Assembly: GCA_963841735.1 (NCBI GenBank)
Contig: CAWJDT010000001.1
Span: forward strand, 288,001 to 352,000
DNA: 64,000 nucleotides
Direction: 5' to 3'
DNA from: an uncultured Actinomycetes bacterium
GTDB lineage: Bacteria; Actinomycetota; Thermoleophilia; RBG-16-64-13
Shown: piece after piece, positions 32,900 to 42,348 of the stretch
How the letters are laid out: every line of letters begins with the position of its first letter
Numbering within the stretch: position 1 is the first letter of the stretch
Translations under genes and position numbers: made by a program
The notes under the pieces: generated by a model
Told to the model about the DNA's origin: nothing
Databases searched by the model: none
Seen by the model: only the letters and a program-made list of their open reading frames with translations

Positions 32900-33926
32900 A
32901 TGATCGTCGCAACCGGAGCCACCGGCCATGTGGGCAACGCACTGCTACGCGCCCTCTTGGAACGCCAAGCGGGCGGCGCGAAGGCCGGCCCCGCCGATGC
33001 TGCCGGGTTCACCGGCCCTTTGCGGGCGGTCGTGAGGCGTCAGAGCGACAGGTCCAGCCTGGCCGGCCTGAGACGTCGAGTTGGTCGAAGCCGACATGGG
33101 CGACGTCGAGTCCCTGGCCGCAGCCTTCCGGGGAGCGGACGCCGTCTTTCATGTAGCCGGGCTCATCAGCATCGGGGGCGAGAGACTCGAGAGCCTCCGC
33201 GCCACCAACGTGGAGGGCACCCGCAACGTGATCGAGGCCTGCCGGCTCGCGGGCGTCCGCCGACTGATCTACACCAGCTCGGTGCACGCTTTCGTCGAGC
33301 CGCCGCACGGCACTCCCACCGACGAGAACACCCCCATAGACCCAGAGCGGGCCCACGGTCCCTACGGCGTCACCAAGGCGGCGGCCACGCAGTTGGTGTT
33401 CGCCGCCGCCCGGGAGGGTCTCGACGCCGTGGTGGTATTCCCCTCGGGCATCATCGGGCCGTATGACTATCGGCCGTCGCATACGGGGTCGTTCATCAGG
33501 AGCGTCCTCCGGCGGAGGCTGGGGGCCTACGTCGACGGCGGATACAACTTTGTGGACGTGAGAGACGTGGCTGCCGGCCTCATCGCGGCGCTTGAAAGCG
33601 GCCGCTCAGGGGAGGGATACCTCCTGGCCGGGCAAGAGGTGACGGTGAGGCAACTGCTCAGCACCATCGAGGAACTTTCGGGTGTGCCCGCGCCCCGGCT
33701 CCGGCTCCCCTTCGGCTTCGTGCGCGCAGTCAGCTTCCTCACCCCCGCCTACTACAGGGTCACGAGGCAGAAGCGCGTATTCACCACCTACTCGCTCGAC
33801 GTCATCGCCTCGAACTGCTGCATGGACAGCAGCAAAGCCGCCCGGGAGCTGGGCTACTCGCCTCGGCCCCTGCGCGAGACCTTGGCAGACACCGTGCGCT
33901 GGTTCCGAGAGCAGGGGATGGTCTAG
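32900..33926 (+). CDS. Extended SDR / dihydroflavonol-4-reductase-like NAD(P) epimerase (frameshift near 33071)
   Basis: TGATGHVG Rossmann motif, HVAG, NVEGT, YTSS and YGVTK. There is an extra base in GGC CTG A GAC GTC. Confidence 0.85.
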
Positions 33927-34044
33927 GGGATGGCGAGCGTGACGTCGCACATAGTTGGCCTCCGCGCTAAAGCTTCGCCTTGAGAAAGACGACAAGACCG
34001 TAAGTGCTTCCGAACTTCGCGCCTAACCGAAAGTCCACGTCAGG

Positions 34045-36288
34045 GTGAGATTGTCAATACAATACTCGCGGATGTCCCTCCGCTGGAGGATTCTCGTCCC
34101 CTTTCTAGCGGTCTCCCTGATCGTGTCGTTCACGGGTGCGTGGGTGCTCGGGCGTTCGCTGGAAGACCAAGTGTACGATCAAGCCGACGAAGAGGTGCAG
34201 CAAGAGGCCGCATTCATCGCCTCCTATCTCGAACGCGAGGGGTCGTTCATCGTCTCGCAGCTGACCCTCGCGGTCGAAGAGGGCAGGATGCTGATAGGCA
34301 CCGAGACAAACCTCGCCGAGGCGATGTCTGAGCTGGATGTGGTGAGCATCATGCGGATGCTCGGATTCGGTGGCAATAGTCTGGTCAAGGTCGACCTCGT
34401 CAAGATCGTGGGCCCTCATGGAGAGACGGTGCTCGAGCTGCACCGAGATCTGCTCACGGGACGCCAGCTCGATGACGAAGCACTAGTCGCCAAAGGTCTC
34501 GATGGCATCAGCTGCGGGGACATCATCACGACGACCGATGGCAAGAGCGCATACCTCGTGGGCACCGCGGCACTCGCGGGCACCTCGACGCTAGAGGACG
34601 CGTCCTCGGGTGGACTTCTCATTCTGGGAAGCAAGATCGATCGGAAAGCGTTGTTGGGTACGGGGTTGTCAGAGCGCGTGCTCTTTGCCTTCACCGACGA
34701 CGGCATCGCGGCCTGCAGCGAGAACGGATACAACGATGCCGAGTGGACCGAGGCACTTGCCACGGCAAGCGGCGGGCGCCTCACAGTAGGCGGCGAGCAG
34801 TACGTGATGGCGAGCGCCCCGGTGAACATCAACGGCGCACCCAGCGCGGTGCGCGTGGCCACTGCCCTGCCCCTTGAGGCTCTGGCGGCCGAGGCCGCCG
34901 GCGACTGGACACGCACCTGGCTGATATTCGCGGCGGGGGCGGCGGTGCTACTCCTAGCCGGGCTCATCGTCGCCCGACGACTCGTCCATCCCGTGCGCCA
35001 ACTGACCGCCGCGACCGCGCGGTTGAAGAACGGCGATTTTGACACGCGCATCGAGATAAGGCGTGGCGACGAGATAGGCGAACTGGCCCGGGCTTTCAAT
35101 ACGATGGGCGAGGAGCTCAAGACACGAGATGCGCGTCTGGCCGAGAGTTTTAACGAGGTCAAGCGGCTCAGCGAGACCGACGCCCTTACCGGCCTACTCA
35201 ACCACCGCATGATCGCCGAGCACATAGGCCGAGAAGTGGCCAGAGCAATGCGCTATGGAGGCCGCTTCGGCTTGATCGTCATCGATCTGGACAACTTCAA
35301 ACTTCTAAACGACACCTACGGCCACCCCGTGGGCGACGAGGCTCTCCGGCGATTCGCCCGGATACTCATGGACCAGACCCGAGAGATAGACTCAGTCGGC
35401 CGGTGTGGCGGAGACGAATTCATGCTGGTTCTGCCGGAATGCGGCCCGCAGGAAATAGCAGGAGCTGTCGAGAAACTGCGGACAGTACTGGCCTCCAATG
35501 CATTCGAAGCCCCCGACGGCAGCCTCGTACCGATCAGGATGAGCCTGGGTGTGGCCTGCTATCCGGATGACGCCCAAGACGTGAACACGCTCATCGCGTT
35601 GGCCGACGCCAACCTATACCTGTCAAAGAGCCGCGGTGGCGAAACGGTCACAGGTGTACCGCTGGATGAGATCTCGTTGGAGGACATGACCGCCTTTGGC
35701 ATGTTGGGCTCACTCGTCACCCTCGTGGACAACAAAGACCGCTACACGCGCCACCATTCGGAAGAAGTGACAGCGCTGGCCATGATTATCGGCAAGGCTC
35801 TCGACCTCTCCGAGGAAAGCCAGCGGGTACTGCGTGTCGCCGGATTGCTGCACGATGTCGGCAAGATCGGCGTGCCTGATCGCATTCTGCGCAAGCCGGG
35901 GCGCCTCACCGATGAAGAGTACGAGATAGTCAGACAGCACTCCGCGGTGGGCGACGCGATCATTGCCGCCATACCCGACCTCGCCGAGATCCGCTCCATC
36001 GTCTTGTCGCACCACGAGCGTTACGACGGCAGCGGATATCCCAGTGAATTGTGTGGCGACAAGATCCCGCTCATGGCTCGCATTCTGGCCGTTGCCGATT
36101 CCTACTCGGCCATGGTGACCGACCGGCCGTACCGGAAGGCGCGGACCAAAGAGGCGGCGATTGCCGAGCTGCTGGCCTGCAGAGGCACCCAGTTCGATCC
36201 CGAATGCGTCGACGCGTTCATCGGCGTGCTGGAAGGCCAGAAAAGCACTCTCGGAGCCGAGAGAACGAACGTGGTCAGTCAGGACTAG
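34045..36288 (+). CDS. Membrane sensor HAMP-GGDEF-HD-GYP protein (c-di-GMP turnover)
   Basis: Two TM helices, HAMP DEIGELARAFN, RxxD I-site with GGDEF, HDVGKIG and HHERYDGSGYP. Confidence 0.93.
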   Translation: MRLSIQYSRMSLRWRILVPFLAVSLIVSFTGAWVLGRSLEDQVYDQADEEVQQEAAFIASYLEREGSFIVSQLTLAVEEGRMLIGTETNLAEAMSELDVVSIMRMLGFGGNSLVKVDLVKIVGPHGETVLELHRDLLTGRQLDDEALVAKGLDGISCGDIITTTDGKSAYLVGTAALAGTSTLEDASSGGLLILGSKIDRKALLGTGLSERVLFAFTDDGIAACSENGYNDAEWTEALATASGGRLTVGGEQYVMASAPVNINGAPSAVRVATALPLEALAAEAAGDWTRTWLIFAAGAAVLLLAGLIVARRLVHPVRQLTAATARLKNGDFDTRIEIRRGDEIGELARAFNTMGEELKTRDARLAESFNEVKRLSETDALTGLLNHRMIAEHIGREVARAMRYGGRFGLIVIDLDNFKLLNDTYGHPVGDEALRRFARILMDQTREIDSVGRCGGDEFMLVLPECGPQEIAGAVEKLRTVLASNAFEAPDGSLVPIRMSLGVACYPDDAQDVNTLIALADANLYLSKSRGGETVTGVPLDEISLEDMTAFGMLGSLVTLVDNKDRYTRHHSEEVTALAMIIGKALDLSEESQRVLRVAGLLHDVGKIGVPDRILRKPGRLTDEEYEIVRQHSAVGDAIIAAIPDLAEIRSIVLSHHERYDGSGYPSELCGDKIPLMARILAVADSYSAMVTDRPYRKARTKEAAIAELLACRGTQFDPECVDAFIGVLEGQKSTLGAERTNVVSQD

Positions 36289-36475
36289 AGAGTCGGGTGC
36301 GGACGAAGCCAACGTGACTCCGGGCTGCCCAAAACCCTAGTATCCGCTCGACCGCCACGGTGTCGTTACCCCCTAGACAATCGTCTGAACAACGACCAAT
36401 ATGTGGAGTACCGCTACGTCAGCAGCTAGCCGGTAGGCAACGTCACGGCAGACGTAGCAAAGAGGAGGTTCGACA

Positions 36476-37764
36476 ATGCCGTCGGAGATCGAGAGTCTAC
36501 ACAAGAAGTACCTGTTTCCCTGCGTAGCTACCTACTATGAGAAGCCCCTCACGCTGGTCCGGGGCAAGGGCATGCATCTCACCGACGCTGAGGGCAAGAA
36601 GTACCTTGACTTCTTCGGCGGCATCCTCACCGTCAGCGTGGGCCACTGCAACTACAACGTGAACCAGGCGGTCATCGACCAGTGCCAGACGCTGCAGCAC
36701 ACCTCCACGCTCTATGTTACCGAGCCCCAGGTGCGACTGGCCAAGAAGCTGGCGGACCTCACACCCGGGGCACTCAGCAAGAGCTTCTTCACTTCTTCGG
36801 GCACCGAAGCCAACGAGACGGCCGTGCTCTTTGCCGGCGTTCCACCGGCCGCTCCGACGTCGTCGCGCTTCGCCACGCCTACTCCGGCCGTAGCGAGGTG
36901 ACCCTCAACATCACCGCTCACTCCACCTGGCGCCCGATGCCCAGCAGCATCGCCTACATCAAGCACGCCCACAACCCGTACTGCTATCGCTGCGGCCTGG
37001 GTCTCTCCTATCCGTCCTGCGACCTGCGCTGCGCACGCGACGTGGAGGAGCTGATTCAGACGACCACGACCGGCGAGATCGCAGCCTTCATGGCTGAGCC
37101 CATCCAGGGAGTGGGCGGGTTCATCACGCCGCCCAAGGAGTACTTCCAAGTGGTCCTGGAGATCGTGCGCAAGTACGGCGGGCTGTTCATCTGCGACGAG
37201 GTGCAGACGGGATGCGGTCGCACGGGCAAGACGTTCTGCGGCATCGAGCACTGGGATGTGCAGCCCGACATCATGACCTTCGCCAAGGGCCTGGCCAACG
37301 GACTACCGATCGGAGCCACCATCGCCACGCCCGCCGTAGCCGACTGCCTCACGGGGCTCTCCATCGCCACTTTCGGCGGCAACCCGGTAAGCACCCGGGG
37401 TGCGCTGGCCACCATCGAGTTCATCGAGAGCCAGCGACTGGCCGACAACGCTCACCTGCAGGGGGGACGGCTCCGCGATGGCCTCGAGGCTCTCAAGGCC
37501 AAGTACCCCTGCATCGGCGACGTGCGCGGCATGGGCCTCATGCAGGGCATGGAGGTGGTCGATCCGGCCTCGCCCGGCGGCAAGGCGCCCGATGCCAAGA
37601 AGGTGCTGCGGGTGTTTGAAGAGACGCGCCACTTGGGGCTGCTGATCGGCAAGGGCGGACTCTACGGCAACGTCATACGCCTCACACCGCCGCTGATAGT
37701 GTCTTCGAGCGAAATCGACGAGGCGCTGGTCGTGCTCGACAAGGCCTTCGCCGCGGCAGGCTGA
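36476..37764 (+). CDS. Class-III PLP aminotransferase (frameshift near 36835)
   Basis: YLDFFGG, SGTEANE, EPIQGVGG, DEVQTG.GRTG, AKG and TFGGNP. The halves lie in two frames. Confidence 0.9.
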
Positions 37765-37815
37765 TCGCGCCGCAAACGGGGGCTCGCGCCCTCGTGGGCC
37801 GCGAGCGCTGCGCTG

Positions 37816-38776
37816 TCAGTCCAGCAGCCCCGCGGGCAGATCCGACCCACGCGGCGATAATCGCCTGGATCTGGTCCTCGTAGCGCGCCAGCCGCGAGTC
37901 TATGTCGACTTCGCCGCTCAGGGCGGCTTGGATGGCCAGAAACAGCCAGAGATGGGTCCGGAGAAGATCTCCGCGATCGTACTTGTCGTCCCAGGAGGCC
38001 CTCATGTAGCTGTTGTCCTGAGCGCCGAGCAGACTGTAGGCGATCAACTCGAAGGGAACAGGCTCCCCGGGTGACCCCTTCGGGCGCATGGCCTTCAGGT
38101 CCTCGATCATGGGACCGACGATGGCCCCAAACGCCTCCTCCACGAACTTGCGGATGTCGCTCTCCCCGTGAGTGCCCTCCGAGTGGATGAGACCTATCAC
38201 ATCCACACCCAGAGCACGTATCCGGAGGTCGCCGACCAAGTTGGCAAGCAGCCTCTCTCCAAAGTCGGTTGTCCTGGCCAGTTCGGGCTGCCGGTCGGCC
38301 ACGTTCCACTTGATGAAGGTGTTGTGACACTCGATCAGGAGCCGGCGCTTGCTCGGGAAGTGATCATAGAAGACGTGCGGAGTGACTCCGGCCTTCTTGA
38401 TGATGGTGGCCACGTGGGTCTGCCGGTACCCCTTGGTCATGAACTCCCTGGTGGCGACCAGGATGATGGCCCTGTGGGTCCGCACATTCTCCTGCTCCGC
38501 AAGATCGACACCGCTCTGGTTGGCCCGGTCGAGCGTGTGCTCAAGCTCGTCCTTGATCTCCGCCAGCGAGCGGCCGGCCTGCTTCAGCTCACCGATCTGC
38601 ATGAGCATCTGAACGTGGTCCTCGGAGTACAGTGAGCGGCTGGCCGCCGTCTTCGCGGGTTGGGGCAGCAGCCCTTCGCGGATGTAGTAGTGGATGGTGC
38701 TTCGCGCCACCCCGGTCGCCTGCTCAAGAGCGGAGATTGTCAGTGCCTTGCACGATGTGCGGTCTCCTCGACTCAC
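37816..38776 (-). CDS. MerR-HTH/TetR hybrid regulator (paralog 2); C-terminal frameshift likely
   Basis: LTISALEQATGVARSTIHYYIREGLL plus a TetR HTH; shares RASWD.KY.R.D with paralog 1. A shifted frame ends ...PAGLLD* at 37816. Confidence 0.85.
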
Positions 38777-38822
38777 CCGGTCGCGGATGCCGGGTATCTA
38801 GTAGCATCTTGGCAGATGTCGG

Positions 38823-39495
38823 TCAAAGCCGCATCCGCCTATCTGTGCCGTCCTCACTCTGAAATAGTCCCAGGAGTTCAGTGATCCCCCCCAACCTGAA
38901 GTCGGCTTCGCTGCTGCGCACTGCATCTCCGATCGCCGCCGCCAGCATCCCGGCCGCTTTCGCCGCCTTGATACCCGCCTCCGCGTCTTCGACCACGACG
39001 CACTCGTCCGGCCTTACCCCGAGCCGGCGGGCGGCGACCAGGAAGACGTCGGGGGCCGGTTTTGTCCGCTTTATGTCATTGCCATCCGCCAGCGCGTCGA
39101 AAGCGTCTTGCAGACCTATCTGCTCGTAGAATGCGCGGGGCGTTCCTGCTGGACGAGCCTACGGCGATCTTGATACCCGCGGCCTTCAGCGCGTCGAGAA
39201 CTGCCGTGACCTCCTTCGGCACGTCGTCCGGAGTAAGACTCCGCAGAGCCTCCACGTAGCGGGCGTTCTTGGTCTCCGCCAGCGCGAGCTTCTCCGCATC
39301 GCTGTACTGCCTCGGAGCCCCCTCCAGGATCATCTCCAGACTCTCCATCCGGGAGACGCCCCGCAGGCGGTTGTTGATGACTTCGTCGAAGTAGATGCCC
39401 TCGCTATCGGCGATAGACTTCCACGCCCGGTAGTGCAGGGCGTCGGTGCTGACTATCACCCCGTCCAAGTCGAATATCACCGCCCGGATGTTCAT
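38823..39495 (-). CDS. pgmB: Beta-phosphoglucomutase (frameshift near 39126)
   Basis: FDLDGV, HYRAWK, LRGVSRMESL and SSSRNA. After the shift it reads KPAPDVFL..VVEDAEAG. Confidence 0.88.
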
Positions 39496-39497
39496 CC

Positions 39498-41216
39498 CTA
39501 TAGCCTGGTGTCCCATTTGCCGCAGAACGGATCCACGGGGCTCGTGCCCTTGAACGGCGACCTGCCCATCAGCTTGTCCATCAACTTCTCCAGGACCGTG
39601 TCCGAGGAACCGTAGGTGTTGATGTAGGTCTTCACCCGCGGAACATCGAGTAGGTGGTAGGGATTCTCGAGCGAGATGAAGACGGTCGGGACGGAATTGA
39701 CGTAGATGGGGACATCGCTGCCCATGGGGGGCGCCCACTTGATTCTGACTGTGGTCTGATTGCTCCTGGTGCCCAGGTTGGCCACGTAGATCATGAGGTC
39801 ATAGCCGGCCACAAGTCGGCATAGGACCGCAGGCGGCCTTCCATACCTTCAGGGGCCGCAAAGACCTCGACGGTGAAGCCCTCCTTCTCCAGCAGCGACC
39901 TGGACTTGCTCCGTCAGCCCTGCGTCCGGGCGCCGCGGCCAAAGAAGTCCCCATCGCTTTCCAGTCGGTACAGCAACACCCGCTTCGTCCTGCTCGGGAC
40001 TCAAGGGGAGGACTCCCTTCTGCTGCTTCACAAGCGTTATCGACTCGTCCGCGCACTCTCCGGCCCAAGCGCGGTGCTCTGGGCAGTTCAGTATCTCCTT
40101 GGCGGTCTCCAACCGAGGAACAAGCGCGCCCTGTGCCTTCTTCTCGTGCAGCCGCAGACGCGGCCTTGAGCGCAAGCACGTTGCGCACTGCGTCCGTCAG
40201 CCTCTCCTCCGTCAGGATGCCGCTCGTCAAGCCGTCTCTCATGTAGCCGAAGTCTTCCGTCCAGATTCCTGGTGAACAAGAAGACGTCACAGCCCGCGGC
40301 TATGGTCTGCGGCACAGCCTTCGACCGTTCCATGGCCATGGCCATCCCCGCCATGGGGGTGGCGTCGCTGACCACCAAGCCGGCAAATCCGAGCTTCTCC
40401 CGAAGAAGAGTAGTGGTGATCTCGTACGACAGCGAGGCCGGCAGGATGTCCTCGTCCTTGATGCCGGGATGAAGCCTTCTCGAATACTCCGGCAGGGCGA
40501 TGTGCCCCACCATCACAGCCAGCGCGCCCGCGTCGATGCAGGCCTTGAACACCTGGCCGTAGCTGTCGTCCCATGCCTCACAGCTCAGAGTGTTGACCGT
40601 GGTGACCAGGTGGTGGTCTCGTTCGTCCACGCCGTCGCCCGGGAAGTGCTTCACCGTCGCGGCGACCCCGTTTTCCTGGAGCCCCTTCAGACAGGCCGTA
40701 GCCATGTCGATCACGCACCCCGGGTCAGATCCGAAGGTCCTCGTGTTGGTGATGGGGTTCCGGAAGTTGTAGTCGATGTCGACGACGGGCGCATAGGCCC
40801 AGTTGATCCCCACCGCGGAAGCCTCCCGGCCGCAGGCGACGCCCAGCTTGTAGGCCATGCTCCACGTCGCCGGTGGCGGCGACCGCCATCAGGCTGCCGA
40901 TGCGCGTGCCATCGGTAGACACACCATCCCCGCCCGCCTCGAGGTTGCCGGACATAAGCAGGGGCACCTCGCCGCTCTCTTGGAGCAATCTCACCGTGTC
41001 GATGACGTCTTCGGCCGAGCCGCTGCGGCACATCACCCCGCCGACCTTGAGGACGCCGGCCATATGCCGCAGGGCCTTCTCGTCGGCGCCGTAGGAGACC
41101 AGGCAGAACACCTGCCCGATCTTCTCCTCCACCGACATGGCGCCGAGCGTGCTCTCCACCCAGTCGACATCGGCGTCGCTGAGCAGAAACGGGGCCTGTT
41201 GCAGTCTGCTATTCAT
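39498..41216 (-). CDS. GH3 glycosidase / beta-glycoside phosphorylase-like (multiple frameshifts)
   Basis: EEKIGQ, NLEAGG, APVVD, TRTFG, KHFPGDGVDERDHH, VVSDA and SLENPY..SPVDPFC, spread over several frames. Confidence 0.85.
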
Positions 41217-42060
41217 CGGCGTCTCTGTAGATGATCGACGCTTTGCCGTGCGACGTTCTCCGCAGCTCCGCGGCGAAGGGTAGTTCGCGGCTCAGATACC
41301 AGTGGTTCAGCCGCGGAGCCACCTGCTGGCTGACCTTCGAGGATGGCCCTGTCGAGCTCGATGAAATCGTCGATGTGCGAACAGGCGATGGGGGCGCCAT
41401 TGTGCGCGGGGCAGATAGACGCGAACTCCGCCTGCCGGGCCTTCAGTCTCAGCATGTTGGCCAGGTGCTTGTCGACCATGGCCATCCAGCGCGGCCCGGT
41501 CGTTCGTATGGTAGTCGAACAGCAGGACCTGCCCCGCCTCGATCTCGTCACCCGCAAACAGCATCTTCGTCTGCCGATCCAACAGCGCGATGCTGCCCGA
41601 AGCGTGAGCGGGTATCTCGATTACTTCCACTTGTCGCCCGCCCAGCTCGAACACGAAGCCCTCGCCTACAAAGACCTTCGTGTAGTCGGGCCACGGAAGC
41701 TCGCGCCGCTCGCGGCAGCGGGGGCATGCCGGCGATGTCGGCCAGCCGCGTCGGCATGCATGTGCACTTCTTGCCACCAGCCGTTGCCGCCCACGTGGTC
41801 GAGATGGCCATGAGTGTTCACTACGATCAGCGGCTTGTCCGTGAGCCGCTCGACGTACTTCCTCAGCGGCCCGCATCCCCAGCCCGTGTCGATGAGGAGG
41901 GCCCGCTCGCTCCCCTCCAGGAGGTACATGTACTGCGTCCCACGCAGCATGGTGATGAATACGGTGGTGTCGTCGCCCGCCAGTGTTCATAACTTTCCCG
42001 CAGCATTCTCCACACGCTCTTCCCGCGACCGCTCTCGGTCGCCAACCTCGGCTTCACCAT
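41209..42060 (-). CDS. MBL-fold hydrolase (multiple frameshifts; start uncertain)
   Basis: LLIDTG, NTHGHLDH, PAHASGS, FAGD and PAHN across frames. Confidence 0.7.
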
Positions 42061-42115
42061 CGATCGTAGACGCTCTCGCGGCTGTGACCATAGCCGGAGG
42101 GCGCTTAGCTCCTGG

Positions 42116-42144
42116 ATAGTAGAGCTTGCCAAGCCGAGTGTCAA
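42116..42144 (-). promoter_or_regulatory. Sigma70-type promoter (MBL-GH3-pgmB operon)
   Basis: TTGACA-17 nt-TACTAT on the minus strand. Confidence 0.7.
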
Positions 42145-42261
42145 CAATACAGATTGTGGTTTCTAGTCGTGAAGTGCCATGGCCGGCGGCAGCGGCTTGA
42201 GCAACAGCCGGCGCCCGGCTATGGAACAGCACTTTGCGACCCGCATTGTTGAGCGCCGTTA

Positions 42262-42290
42262 TTGACAGCCCAACCACCAACCCCTACCAT
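42262..42290 (+). promoter_or_regulatory. Sigma70-type promoter (esterase array)
   Basis: TTGACA-17 nt-TACCAT. Confidence 0.7.
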
Positions 42291-42348
42291 CAGTACTCAG
42301 GTTGGGACAGGTAGGGGGCAACGTTGCTCTACGCTCGGAGGGAGTGTC

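Noticed and set aside
33927-34044. Possible c-di-GMP riboswitch upstream of the GGDEF/HD-GYP gene
   Set aside because: The class I and class II consensus elements are not recognisable.
37682-37815. Apparent 83-nt antisense overlap of regulator paralog 2 with the aminotransferase
   Set aside because: A 1-nt indel near 37855 gives a natural stop at 37816, so the extension is probably artefactual.
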